A stretch of 61,857 nucleotides of DNA, the filler included. It is 7 parts of 7 records of this genome, joined end to end, with 100 filler letters (N's around TTAATTAATTAA, not from the genome) between each part and the next. Parts side by side here need not be neighbours in the genome. Positions count along the whole stretch, not along the records: positions 47,604 to 54,273 come from SRR31156797_27609; positions 54,374 to 61,857 come from SRR31156797_27617; 5 more parts are not named here. One strand, written 5' to 3'. Shown one piece after another: positions 48,815 through 59,058 of the stretch. Each line of letters begins with the position of its first letter. Position 1 is the first letter of the stretch. Below the pieces are notes generated by a model. It was not told the origin of the DNA, ran no database searches, and saw only the letters and a list, made by a program, of their open reading frames with translations. The position numbers and the translations under genes are program-made.

Positions 48815-50882
48815 GCTCTTAGCTTTTTTTCTTTCAATTCTACTTTGGATTCCTCTTTTTTCTGATACGAACTATCTTGAAGATTTGAGAACCGACCCTG
48901 AACATAGTGAAGTTAGCGCAGAGGGCTCCATTGACATCCTGTTTGACCTTCCACAACACAGCCTTGTTGAATCAGCCTATCTTTCAATAACTGTCAATAA
49001 CGAGATCATCCGTATAAACAATACAACTCTGGATGGATCCGACCTTGCCTATCTCAACAACAAGATAACGGTTCCAGGAGCTGAACTCTACGAGATTTTT
49101 GAAAAAAAACGTTCTGGATTCAACTTACAGCCGTACTCTAATTACGCTGCGTTATCAGATGATGACTCGTTGCCGGATGATGATTCAGACATTGCTGATA
49201 ATAATGAAACCCCTGAGGTTGATTCTGAACTACCAGATGAAGATTCACAAGAAAATGATGAAACCGAGGCAGACCAGGACTCTATTCAAAACGACACAGA
49301 GGTTGACGACTCAGATACCGGCAGCTCTGATGACAAAACCTGGGCAGATAAAATATATGAAATAAAACTTACCCTTGAAATGGACACTTCGGGCAACAGT
49401 GAAGACGATGAAACTGATGACAGCGACACATCTTCATCAACTACCACAACTATCCCTGTAACCGTTGAAGAGACCATACAGATCAGATTTGACAATACTC
49501 CTCCTAGTGCTCCGGAATCTGCAGAGACTGAAGGTGGTGATAAGCGGATCATTTTTAGAGTTACACCTCCTGTCTTTAGCAACGACGAGCATGACCTAGT
49601 TGGAACATATCATGTTGTGCTTACAGGCCTATTTGACAATGAAGGAACTGAAATTGAAAAAACCATTGAGTACTCTGACACTGTAGGCTCAGACTCCTAT
49701 GACCAGACATGGGAATTCACAATAAGCGGGAAAGATGGTTACGAACTAATAAACAATGACACTAACGACCCTAAATACATTTACAAGGCTGTCATTACAG
49801 CTGAAGACCTTGCTGGAAACAGAGATCCGGAAAACTCACTGACCATAGAAACTTTCGCTGTCACAACATACGGGTTCTGGTCGAACTATGAAAAAAGCGG
49901 TGGGAATGATGATGGTGGATTCTGCTTTATTGCAACAGCAGGATTTGGAAGCTACTTTCATCCCAACGTTGAGATCTTGAGAGATTTTAGAGATTCTATA
50001 CTCTCTAAATCTAGCTTTGGAAAAGAATTTGTTGAGTTTTATTACAACAATGGAAAAGCTCCGGCACAGTTTATAAAAAAACATCCTGTACTTAGAACTT
50101 TTTCAAGATCGATACTGATGCCTTTCGTTATCTTCGCATGGCTTCTGACCAGCACCCTGGGAAACATTGTGCTTGCATGTTGGCTCATGGTTCTCGGCAT
50201 TTATTTCTTCAGGAGACAAAAAGCTGTCGTTTTTGGAGCATTTCTTCTTCTAATCTTCGTCTTTCCAAACCTGCGCGCGGTAGACATAGATGGAGAAGTA
50301 AATTTTAACAGCTCTTTCTATTACCCGGGAAAAATTGACGAAGAGCTTCCCGGCACCCCCTTAAAAGACATCGGTGGCGACTCGCTTAGATACCTTCCTG
50401 TACTTAATTTCGGGCTGAGAGCTCCATTACTTAAAAACTATATTAGATGGACATTCACTGGCGGTGTCGGATACACTAAAATGTCAGGAACAAGCATAAA
50501 GGCTGACGGAGAAAAATCAGCGGATAAAAGCAATCTCCATCTCATTCCTCTAACTGGAGAGACAAAGATAAGGCCTGTTTATTCCTTTCCTGTCTATCCC
50601 TACGCATCCATTGGCCTGGACTACTATATCTGGTGGATCAGAGAGCATGGGAAAACTGCTGAAGAAGGTGGAACATTCGGCTTTCACGGGAACTTTGGAG
50701 TTTTTATCAGCTTAAACTGGCTAGACACTAAATCATCAAGAAAGCTTGAAGAAGCCTCAGGAATAACCAACACCGGGCTATTCGTTCATTATCATGTTGA
50801 AAAAATTGATGATTTTGGCAAGGACAAAAGCATGGATCTTAGCTGTAACCGCTTTGAATTCGGAATAATTTTTGAATTCTAA
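48807..50882 (+). CDS. Secreted protein: acidic linker, FN3-like region, CFI-box domain, TM segments, C-terminal OM beta-barrel
   Basis: GGFCFIATAGFGS..HP.V..LRDFRD..L...G..FV.FYY; barrel ends FEFGIIFEF. Confidence 0.75.
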   Translation: MNRLLAFFLSILLWIPLFSDTNYLEDLRTDPEHSEVSAEGSIDILFDLPQHSLVESAYLSITVNNEIIRINNTTLDGSDLAYLNNKITVPGAELYEIFEKKRSGFNLQPYSNYAALSDDDSLPDDDSDIADNNETPEVDSELPDEDSQENDETEADQDSIQNDTEVDDSDTGSSDDKTWADKIYEIKLTLEMDTSGNSEDDETDDSDTSSSTTTTIPVTVEETIQIRFDNTPPSAPESAETEGGDKRIIFRVTPPVFSNDEHDLVGTYHVVLTGLFDNEGTEIEKTIEYSDTVGSDSYDQTWEFTISGKDGYELINNDTNDPKYIYKAVITAEDLAGNRDPENSLTIETFAVTTYGFWSNYEKSGGNDDGGFCFIATAGFGSYFHPNVEILRDFRDSILSKSSFGKEFVEFYYNNGKAPAQFIKKHPVLRTFSRSILMPFVIFAWLLTSTLGNIVLACWLMVLGIYFFRRQKAVVFGAFLLLIFVFPNLRAVDIDGEVNFNSSFYYPGKIDEELPGTPLKDIGGDSLRYLPVLNFGLRAPLLKNYIRWTFTGGVGYTKMSGTSIKADGEKSADKSNLHLIPLTGETKIRPVYSFPVYPYASIGLDYYIWWIREHGKTAEEGGTFGFHGNFGVFISLNWLDTKSSRKLEEASGITNTGLFVHYHVEKIDDFGKDKSMDLSCNRFEFGIIFEF

Positions 50883-50974
50883 CGCATAAATTTGATTTTT
50901 ATATGTAGTCAAGTAGAATTTCAGCTTGAATTTTTGGTCATTTTTTTATTTAAATACCTTAGAAGGAGGTACTC

Positions 50975-52537
50975 TTGAAAAGAACTTTATTTGTAATCAT
51001 GCTTATCGCAGTTGCTTTTGCTTTTACAGGCTGCCCGAAAGCAAAAAAAGCCGAGCCAAAGGAAAAGGTTAAACTTTCATTCCACGTAATGACAAAATGT
51101 CCTTATGGCGCTCAGGTTGTAAAAGGCGTTAAACCAGCTCTTGACAAGCTTGGCAACGCAGTTGACTTTGATGTCAACTACATTGGAAACCAGAAGGGAG
51201 ACAAATGGCTTCCTATGCATGGCGAAAAAGAACTTCAGGGTGACACTATCTCTGTTTGTGCAAAAAAACACTATCCTGAAAAATACGTGGACCTTCTTTT
51301 CTGCATGGCTGAAAGTTTCAGAAAGATCCCTGAAAACTTTGAAGAGTGTGCTAAAAAAGGAAAATTTGATGTTGCAAAACTCAAAAAGTGTTCTGACGGT
51401 GAAGAAGGAAAAAAACTTATTGTTGATAGTTACAAGTTTTCTAAAGCTCAGAAAGCATCCGGATCACCAACAATTTTTCTCAATGGTGAAAAATACAAAG
51501 GTGGAAGAACCGGAACAGAATTTTTAAGATCTCTTTGTGGCGCTTTCAAAGGAACTAAACCTGAAGCATGTACTTCAATTCCTGAGCCTCCAAAAGTAAA
51601 ACTCACTCTTCTTTCAGACAAAAGATGCGTAAAGTGTAACCCTCAGAGACTTACTCAGAGCTTAAAGAGAGTTTTCCCGGGTCTTACATCTGAGACTCTT
51701 ATGTATGGCGACGCAAAAGGTAAAAAACTTTATGACGAGCTTGCTGCACAAGGACACAAACTTCTTCCTTTCGCTATCTTTGACAAATCAATTGAAAAAG
51801 TTGAAGGTTATGAAAAGATCAAAAGATTTGTAAAACCTGCAGGAGATAAAGTTCTTCTTAGAGTTGGTGCAAAGTTTGATCCTTCAAAGGAAATTTGTGA
51901 CAACAAAAAAGATGATACAGGAAACGGAAAAATTGACTGTGCTGATGACGATTGTAAAAGCCAGCTCATGTGTCGTAAAGAGATCAAAAACACTGTTGAC
52001 CTCTTTGTTATGAGTCAGTGTCCTTACGGAACAATGGCACTTGATGCACTTAAAGAAGTAAAAGAAGCTTTCAAAGGCGACAAACTTGATATAAACATCA
52101 ACTTCATTGCAAACGAAACTTCACCTGGAAAATTCAGAGCTCTTCATGGACAGCCTGAAGTTGACGAGAACATTCGTGAACTCTGTGCTATCAAACATTT
52201 CCCGAAAGACCATATGGAATATATCTGGTGCAGAAACAAAAACATCCGCAGCAACGAATGGAAACCTTGTGCAAAAGGCAAGATCAAAGCATCAGTTATT
52301 GAAAAATGTTCAACAGGAAAAGAAGGCATCAAGCTTCATAGTGACAATATTAAGATCGCTAACGGACTTGGAATTGGTGCAAGCCCAACATGGATCATCA
52401 ATAACAACCAGAAAGCAAGTGGTGTTTCTGCAAAAGATATCCAGACAAACATCTGTAAACACAATCCTGATCTTAAGGGATGTAAAGCAAAGATCGCTGC
52501 TCCTAAAACTAAGAAGCCTAAAGGCCAGTGCAACTAA
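50975..52537 (+). CDS. Cys-rich lipoprotein with two GILT/DsbA-like thioredoxin domains
   Basis: FTGC lipobox; duplicated VM(T/S)xCPYG...(M/L)HG..E......C...(G/A)SPT units; AGGAGG before TTG. Confidence 0.75.
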   Translation: MKRTLFVIMLIAVAFAFTGCPKAKKAEPKEKVKLSFHVMTKCPYGAQVVKGVKPALDKLGNAVDFDVNYIGNQKGDKWLPMHGEKELQGDTISVCAKKHYPEKYVDLLFCMAESFRKIPENFEECAKKGKFDVAKLKKCSDGEEGKKLIVDSYKFSKAQKASGSPTIFLNGEKYKGGRTGTEFLRSLCGAFKGTKPEACTSIPEPPKVKLTLLSDKRCVKCNPQRLTQSLKRVFPGLTSETLMYGDAKGKKLYDELAAQGHKLLPFAIFDKSIEKVEGYEKIKRFVKPAGDKVLLRVGAKFDPSKEICDNKKDDTGNGKIDCADDDCKSQLMCRKEIKNTVDLFVMSQCPYGTMALDALKEVKEAFKGDKLDININFIANETSPGKFRALHGQPEVDENIRELCAIKHFPKDHMEYIWCRNKNIRSNEWKPCAKGKIKASVIEKCSTGKEGIKLHSDNIKIANGLGIGASPTWIINNNQKASGVSAKDIQTNICKHNPDLKGCKAKIAAPKTKKPKGQCN

Positions 52538-52637
52538 TAAGATCTCCTAAAAAAGTCTAAACTTATTCTCTGTAAATAATCTAAATTTCTTGAAATGTTT
52601 TAATTGAATTGTTCAGAAAGAAATTGTTTGAAAAGAA

Positions 52638-53159
52638 TTAACAACAACCGTCTCCACAGCCGTCGCCACCTTTGTCATCTCCACCGCAGCCACAGCCACA
52701 AGAGTGATTTTCTTCAAGACTAGGAATTTCAACTCCGATCTCAATAAGCTCAATTTCAAATGTGAGTTTCTTTCCTGAAAGAGGATGGTTTGCATCAATT
52801 GATACTTCCTTCTCATTTTCATCAACAACTACAACTGGAATAACCTGTCCCTGCTCACCATGCATCTCAAATACCGCACCCTTTGTTATCTGGGCATCTT
52901 CCGGGAACATCTCTCTTCCAACTGTGAAAACATTTTTTTCACTTGATTCGCCATATGCATTTTCAGGATCAATATCGACCTTTTTCTTATCACCAATATT
53001 CATTCCTAAAACAGCATCATCAAAACCCTTGATAACCATTCCTTTACCAACCTGGAACTTAAAAGTCTCTCCAGACTCAATAGATGAGTCGAACTTTTGT
53101 CCGTCTTCAAGCCAACCAGTATAATGCACCGCTACCTTGTCACCAACTTTTACAGTCAT
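52638..53159 (-). CDS. slyD: FKBP-type peptidyl-prolyl isomerase SlyD
   Basis: VHYTG.LEDG..FDSS, DANHPLSGK, Cys-rich tail. Confidence 0.92.
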   Translation of the reverse strand: MTVKVGDKVAVHYTGWLEDGQKFDSSIESGETFKFQVGKGMVIKGFDDAVLGMNIGDKKKVDIDPENAYGESSEKNVFTVGREMFPEDAQITKGAVFEMHGEQGQVIPVVVVDENEKEVSIDANHPLSGKKLTFEIELIEIGVEIPSLEENHSCGCGCGGDDKGGDGCGDGCC

Positions 53160-53321
53160 GAAAATCTCCCAAAAAAATTAAAAATGATCTTTACCTGAAA
53201 AGATCAGGTCAGCCGATATTATCATAATTATTCCTCAGGGCAAGGATTAGATATATATTTGTCAAAAAACCATCTTTGAGTTAAAATGCTACGTTTTTAA
53301 TTATTATCTTAGGAGTACATT

Positions 53322-53762
53322 GTGAACAAACATTCAAAAGTGATAATTACCCTTTTAAGCTTGGGGTCACTACTTCTACTTTTCCTTCACATAAAAACGC
53401 TTAAAACAAACTCAGAACTTGAAACCAGTTTGGAAATACTAAAAAAAGAAAAGATAGCCTTGCTTACCGAACATGAAACATGCCTGAAAGAAAAAGAGGA
53501 AACTCTTAAAAAAGAACTTACTAGTCGCTACCTGGACTTTATGATAGATCTAAGGAACAAACTTGAGGCTGGATATGTACCAGAGGAAAAAGAAGTTAAG
53601 AATTTTTCAGACAGAAACAAGTTTGTCATTGAAAACATTGGCCTTCTAAAGCTAACAACAAAGGAAACAACTCAGTACCTCACATTTCTTGCAAAAATGA
53701 GCAAGCTTGTAGATGAAGTTGTAAAAAAACAGCAAAAAAACAACTCAGACAATCAAAAATAA
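53322..53762 (+). CDS. Hypothetical membrane-anchored coiled-coil protein
   Basis: AGGAG before GTG; N-terminal TM. Confidence 0.65.
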   Translation: MNKHSKVIITLLSLGSLLLLFLHIKTLKTNSELETSLEILKKEKIALLTEHETCLKEKEETLKKELTSRYLDFMIDLRNKLEAGYVPEEKEVKNFSDRNKFVIENIGLLKLTTKETTQYLTFLAKMSKLVDEVVKKQQKNNSDNQK

Positions 53763-53838
53763 CCGTTTTTTCTTGAAAAAACAGTTGCTTTTGTTTAGGA
53801 TTGCAACCGTGTTGTAAAACTCAACAACGAGGCTTTAG

Positions 53839-54273
53839 ATGGGAAAATACAGTAAGTTGGCAAAAAACGCTTCTTCTGATGCTCAAAAAACCCGATTCAC
53901 TTTTATCAAAGGGAAATACTCAGGTGGGGAGTTCTATATTAAAGATGGACAGAAGCTTCTGATCGGTCGAGACATCTCTTCTGACATTGCTATTGTTGAC
54001 TCTAAAGTCAGCCGTCACCACGCAGTGATCATATCACGTGCAGGAAGGATCTTTGTTGAAGACAAGGGAAGTACCAACGGCACTTTTATTGAAGAAGAAA
54101 GAATTGAGGCTTCAAAACCTGTTGAGGTTTTTCCAGGAACCATTTTCAGTATTGGGGATTCTTTTATTGAAATAGTAAAAGAAGGCTCGCAAGAGGCTGA
54201 AATCCCAGAGAAAACACCCAAGAAAAAAACTAAGTCGATACCTGTTGCACAGAAAGGCAATTCAAAAAAGCTC
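53839..54273 (+). CDS. FHA-domain protein, 3' truncated
   Basis: IGR, VSRHHA, D.GSTNGTF. Confidence 0.88.
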
Positions 54274-54373
54274 NNNNNNNNNNNNNNNNNNNNNNNNNNN
54301 NNNNNNNNNNNNNNNNNTTAATTAATTAANNNNNNNNNNNNNNNNNNNNNNNNNNNNNNNNNNNNNNNNNNNN
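54274..54373. other. Artificial contig linker
   Basis: 44 N + TTAATTAATTAA + 44 N. Confidence 0.98.
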
Positions 54374-54472
54374 ATGTGCTTTAGATTTAGACAATCATTA
54401 TAACTGCTGTACAATTAATAATGATTAAGCTATAATTACTATATAAAATTAATACATAAAAGGAGTTACAAT

Positions 54473-55117
54473 ATGATAAAACACATCAAAACTTTCGTTA
54501 AACTATCGATATTTTTCATACTTTTCTCAATAGCTTGTATCTTTATAGCTGACATCACTATTGAAAACTATGTATCAGGAAAAGTTTATGACTCCACGAC
54601 AACAATTCCACACAACAAAGTTGGACTTGTTCTTGGAACGAGTAAAATTTTATCAAACGGTAGAATAAATCTATACTATAAATATCGTATTGATGCAACT
54701 GTAGAGTTATTTAACGCTAATAAAATTGATTTCATTCTAATAAGTGGAGATAATTCCAATAAAGATTATGATGAACCCTCTACTTTTAAAAATGATCTAG
54801 TTGTTGAGGGTATTCCTGCTGATAAAATCTATCTGGATTATGCAGGTTTTAGAACTTTGGACTCAATCGTCAGAAGTAAGGAAATCTTTGGACAAAACAC
54901 TATTACTATTATTTCCCAAGAGTTTCATAATAAAAGAGCTATTTATATTGCAAAGCATAAACAAATAAAGGCAGTTGGATTTAATGCAAAAAATGTTACA
55001 GTCTATTTTGGCTTAAAAACTCAGCTTCGAGAAAAACTTGCAAGGGTAAAAATGCTGTTAGATTTAATTTTTGGAAAGAAACCTAAATTTTTAGGTGATA
55101 GTATTGAGATAAAGTAA
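54473..55117 (+). CDS. sanA: SanA/YdcF (DUF218) family protein
   Basis: GLVLGT, ISGDN, YDEP, DYAGFRTLDS, SQEFH..RA, RE.LAR. Confidence 0.92.
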   Translation: MIKHIKTFVKLSIFFILFSIACIFIADITIENYVSGKVYDSTTTIPHNKVGLVLGTSKILSNGRINLYYKYRIDATVELFNANKIDFILISGDNSNKDYDEPSTFKNDLVVEGIPADKIYLDYAGFRTLDSIVRSKEIFGQNTITIISQEFHNKRAIYIAKHKQIKAVGFNAKNVTVYFGLKTQLREKLARVKMLLDLIFGKKPKFLGDSIEIK

Positions 55118-55122
55118 AAAAC

Positions 55123-55158
55123 AAAAAAAGTGTTTCGCTTATCCGAAACACTTTTTTT
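55123..55158. terminator. Bidirectional terminator
   Basis: AAAAAAAGTGTTTCG...CGAAACACTTTTTTT. Confidence 0.85.
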
Positions 55159-55163
55159 ATATT

Positions 55164-55700
55164 CTATCTCAAATCAACTTCAAGACCAGTCCAACCCCAA
55201 TTAAAAAGATTATTTTTCTCTAATTTTTTATTAATGCTATCAGCCATTGATTCAGCAAACTTCGCCTCTTCCGATCCCTCCTCAGCATTATAGATCTCTG
55301 AACTATCCTCAAAATCTCCACCGATAGTTTCCTTTTTTTTATTAATTTGCGTAACTATTGTGTAACCTTGCTCAGTTATTTTTGCTTTTAATATGATTTC
55401 TGTGGAATAACTTGTTAAACCTTTTTTCTTGCCCATGACAGTTTCTGCTAATCCTACAACAGTTGAAGTTGTATCAGCAAAGCTATCGAATTCTCTCCAT
55501 CCGCTTTCTATTTTTCCGTATTTAGTATCGAACTTTTTAATCATAAATCCATTATCTTTGAATGTTTCAAATATTGCATCCATAACAACCGTACTTTTAA
55601 GCGAACCAGACATTTTCGGCAGCTCTTTAGGCTCAAGGCTTGAGCAGCCTATTAAAGTTAATATAAATAAAATTCCTAAAATTTTATACAATTTTTTCAT
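55164..55700 (-). CDS. Hypothetical lipoprotein
   Basis: MKKLYK...LIGC lipobox; SD before ATG 55700. Confidence 0.7.
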   Translation of the reverse strand: MKKLYKILGILFILTLIGCSSLEPKELPKMSGSLKSTVVMDAIFETFKDNGFMIKKFDTKYGKIESGWREFDSFADTTSTVVGLAETVMGKKKGLTSYSTEIILKAKITEQGYTIVTQINKKKETIGGDFEDSSEIYNAEEGSEEAKFAESMADSINKKLEKNNLFNWGWTGLEVDLR

Positions 55701-55840
55701 TTCATCTCCACCTTTCTTAATTTTTTGTACATAATTATCCAAAAAAATTATACTCCTGAAATTTCAAATAAAACACTTTTTATTTAGTTATCATTAATAG
55801 TATTTTCTCAAAAATATTAAGAGCTGTTTCGATATACTAA

Positions 55841-57532
55841 TCAGCTCATTTTTCCACAAAACATCTTCTTCCCAGTTACTCCATTCTCAAGTACCTGCAT
55901 CTCATCATCAATAAATTTAAATGTCCATTTACCTTTAGAAGCATAACCAATCAGCTCATACTCTATCTCAAAAATATTTTCATCTATCCAGTTTCCCCTC
56001 GCTGCATATTTGCCTCTATATGATTCGCTAAATTGATAAATATTATCCAAGCCTACTTTGATACTAACTTCATTCCAGCCTATTGAATATTTTAATTGTA
56101 CATAATTTTGATTTTCAGTAAAATCCAGCTCAAAATTATTGTACTGAAAAGGGTTTTGCTTTAATCCCAAATCCATTTCATAAATTTTTCCTGATATTTT
56201 TTTAGTAATTTTTGGCAATGAATTCATTAGTGTTTTTTCATTTACTATTTCAGGAGAATTTGAATATTTTTTCAACTCCATCCAAGCTTCACTATTCTCT
56301 ACTATAGCTTCATCTGATACTATAGAAGGAATTACATACTCTTTCACCCAATCAACTATCATAAAAGTCTTTAGGCCCTTCATTTTGGCAGTTATTGTAA
56401 CTATTAATTGCTTAGCAGGAGCTATAATTATAAACTGCCCTCCTACTCCTATAGCTGAGAATATACCTTCTTTATCAAGCCACCATTGATAACCGTAAGC
56501 ATCGTTTAATGGTCTCTTAAAATTATTTACAAGCCAATTTGCTCCGCTGGTTTTCCAGTCAATTTTTCCGTCACTTCCATATACAAATTTATATTGCTTA
56601 GGAAACGAGTGCGCCTTAATTGATTCCTCAACCCATTTTTCAGATATAAGCTGCTGATTTCCCCACTTTCCTTTTTGCAGATACAACAATCCAAATTTTG
56701 CCATATCATGTGGTTTCATCCAGCAACGAGCAAAACCCTGATGTATTCCTTGAGGGTTAGCCTCCATATATACATCCTTTATTCCAAGTGGTTCAAATAA
56801 ATTATCTTTTGCAAAAGTAAATGTGTCTATTCCAGTTGTTTCTGCTATTATCGCCGATAACATAAAGGTTGCCATATTACTATAGTCGAAGTATTTACCA
56901 GCTTTTGATTTAGTTTTTAGATTCAAAATATACTCAACCCAATCATCAGAAAGCTGCATCTCAAACAAACCTTCCCATTGATATAAAAATGAATCTCTCG
57001 TATGCAGTCCTGACTGCATTGTTAGTAAATCTTTAATAGTTATTTCCTTAATTCTAGGATCAGAGTTATTTATCTTTTTATCTTTAAATATCTCAATGAT
57101 TTTTTTGTTGATATTATCTATATAAGCTTTATCAATAGCAATTCCAATTAACGCAGAAATAATACTTTTAGTACATGAGTTTATCACATGCTTAGTATCC
57201 TTTGGAAAAAGAGGATTAAAATACATATCTGTAACTATTCTTTGGTTCCTGATTATTGTAATAGTATCAATAAATACATCTTTATCTTTTTCAGAAATAT
57301 CTTTATATTTATTCAGCATTTCCAATAATTTAATCGAATTCATACCTTGTTTTTCCGGACTTGAATATTTCCATTCACTAGTTGGATAATAGTCTAATTC
57401 GTCAGGTGTATACTCTATATCTTTCATTTTATGTTTTTTGAACATGCTGTAAAACGCAAGTATTGTCCAAATAATCAAAGCTAGAAATGCTGTATTTATT
57501 ATTAAAACAATTCCGATTATTATTATTTTCAT
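55841..57532 (-). CDS. Serine hydrolase, beta-lactamase (AmpC/NylB-like) fold
   Basis: SCTK (SxxK), LLTMQSG, FDYSN, YGYQWW. Confidence 0.88.
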   Translation of the reverse strand: MKIIIIGIVLIINTAFLALIIWTILAFYSMFKKHKMKDIEYTPDELDYYPTSEWKYSSPEKQGMNSIKLLEMLNKYKDISEKDKDVFIDTITIIRNQRIVTDMYFNPLFPKDTKHVINSCTKSIISALIGIAIDKAYIDNINKKIIEIFKDKKINNSDPRIKEITIKDLLTMQSGLHTRDSFLYQWEGLFEMQLSDDWVEYILNLKTKSKAGKYFDYSNMATFMLSAIIAETTGIDTFTFAKDNLFEPLGIKDVYMEANPQGIHQGFARCWMKPHDMAKFGLLYLQKGKWGNQQLISEKWVEESIKAHSFPKQYKFVYGSDGKIDWKTSGANWLVNNFKRPLNDAYGYQWWLDKEGIFSAIGVGGQFIIIAPAKQLIVTITAKMKGLKTFMIVDWVKEYVIPSIVSDEAIVENSEAWMELKKYSNSPEIVNEKTLMNSLPKITKKISGKIYEMDLGLKQNPFQYNNFELDFTENQNYVQLKYSIGWNEVSIKVGLDNIYQFSESYRGKYAARGNWIDENIFEIEYELIGYASKGKWTFKFIDDEMQVLENGVTGKKMFCGKMS

Positions 57533-57684
57533 TGATCTCTCCTTGTGTTTTCTTTTTAAAGACTACAATATCATTATACCCGATTATAAGCCCAAAAGAA
57601 CCTCAGATTATTTCAATATTTCCGTGCAAATCATAGCATGCTGCGATATAATATTATATAAATTCAAATCAGGAGGCATAAATT

Positions 57685-58335
57685 GTGAACTATAAATATA
57701 TTTTATTTGATTTAGATGGTACTTTAACTGATCCAAAATTAGGAATTACAAAAGCCGTAGCTTATGCATTAAATAAAATGAAAAATCTTGAGGTAGATAT
57801 AGATGATTTAACTAAATTCATCGGTCCTCCATTAAAAGATTCATTTATGACTTTTTATGATTTTACGGAAAAAGAAGCTGAACAGGCAATATCATATTTT
57901 AGAGAATATTATCAAGACAAAGGAATCTTTGAAAATTTTGAATATAAAGGTGTTAAAGAATTATTAGAATTTTTAAAAACTAATAAACATACTCTGGCTG
58001 TTGCGACATCTAAGCCAACATTTTTTGCAAATACTGTTCTTAAACATTTTAATTTGGATAAATATTTTGATTGTATCGTAGGAAGCAACCTAGACAATAC
58101 AAGGACTAATAAAGCTGAAATTATAGAAGAGGTCTTATCTCAACTGACAATAATACAAAAAGAAAAAGTGATAATGATAGGGGATAGAAAACATGATATT
58201 TTAGGTGCTAATAAAACCGGAATAGATTCTATCGGTGTAGAATATGGCTATGGCTCATTGAAAGAGTTAGAGGATGCCGGCGCAACTTATATAGCTAAAA
58301 ATCTTAATGATTTAAAAAATTTACTAAACAATTAG
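57685..58335 (+). CDS. HAD-family phosphatase (5'-nucleotidase/phosphoglycolate phosphatase-like)
   Basis: FDLDGTL, ATSK, IGDRKHD. Confidence 0.9.
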   Translation: MNYKYILFDLDGTLTDPKLGITKAVAYALNKMKNLEVDIDDLTKFIGPPLKDSFMTFYDFTEKEAEQAISYFREYYQDKGIFENFEYKGVKELLEFLKTNKHTLAVATSKPTFFANTVLKHFNLDKYFDCIVGSNLDNTRTNKAEIIEEVLSQLTIIQKEKVIMIGDRKHDILGANKTGIDSIGVEYGYGSLKELEDAGATYIAKNLNDLKNLLNN

Positions 58336-58350
58336 GAATAGGAGAAGTCA

Positions 58351-58914
58351 ATGCATTACGAAGATCAGGAATTTAATAATTTAATCAAAAAAGAAGAAAA
58401 CTTTATGAATCATATTTTTATCAACTGCAGTTTTGAAAAATGTGATTTTAGCAACTCAAATTTCCAATATGCTGAATTTGAAGATTGTACTTTTCAAAGT
58501 TGCAATCTATCATTTATTCAAATTGGAGGAGCAAAACTTAACGGAGTGGAATTCATCGATTGTAGCTTTCGAGGAGTCAATTTCTCCGAAACATCACAAT
58601 TATTTAGCGATTACTCTTTTAATAATTGCATATTGAACAACTCATTTTTTATTAATATGAAACTGGATAAATTCATATTTGACGGTTCCGATATCATCGA
58701 AAGTGAATTTATGAATACTTCTCTAAAAAACAGTAGTTTCAAGGATTGCAATATGGATAAATCTAAATTTGCTAATTGTGATTTGATGAATGCAAATTTT
58801 CTAAAAGCTAAAAATATCGGAATAGATATTACAAATAACAATGTAAAAAATCTAAAGATTCTTAGAGAAGAAGCTGTTAATCTGCTAATTCCTTTTGGAA
58901 TGAAAATAAAATAA
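58351..58914 (+). CDS. Pentapeptide-repeat protein
   Basis: (C/S)xF/L periodic repeats throughout. Confidence 0.88.
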   Translation: MHYEDQEFNNLIKKEENFMNHIFINCSFEKCDFSNSNFQYAEFEDCTFQSCNLSFIQIGGAKLNGVEFIDCSFRGVNFSETSQLFSDYSFNNCILNNSFFINMKLDKFIFDGSDIIESEFMNTSLKNSSFKDCNMDKSKFANCDLMNANFLKAKNIGIDITNNNVKNLKILREEAVNLLIPFGMKIK

Positions 58915-58924
58915 TTCTTATTTG

Positions 58925-58962
58925 AGCAGTTATGATTAATTTTTAATTGTAACTGCTTTTTT
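58925..58962 (+). terminator. Rho-independent terminator
   Basis: AGCAGTTATGATTAA...TTAATTGTAACTGCT followed by T-run. Confidence 0.7.
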
Positions 58963-59058
58963 ATTTGATTCTTTTTTCTTTAAGAGGAAATTCACTAACT
59001 AAGCATAATAGTGTTAGTAAGAAAACCAAAATAACTAATACAATTTGGAGGTGGTTTC

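Noticed and set aside
37636-54321. Truncated MCP, recD2 and FHA genes as pseudogenes
   Set aside because: All end at contig boundaries, so the truncation is an assembly artefact.
6486-54373. Six identical TTAATTAATTAA motifs flanked by N-runs
   Set aside because: Synthetic 100-nt concatenation linkers; not biological repeats or a CRISPR array.
55841-57532. Beta-lactamase resistance gene
   Set aside because: SxxK and YxN are shared by esterases and amidases of this fold; no class C KTG motif was seen.
58351-58914. Qnr/MfpA quinolone-resistance call
   Set aside because: The pentapeptide fold alone does not show gyrase protection, and there is no mobile context.
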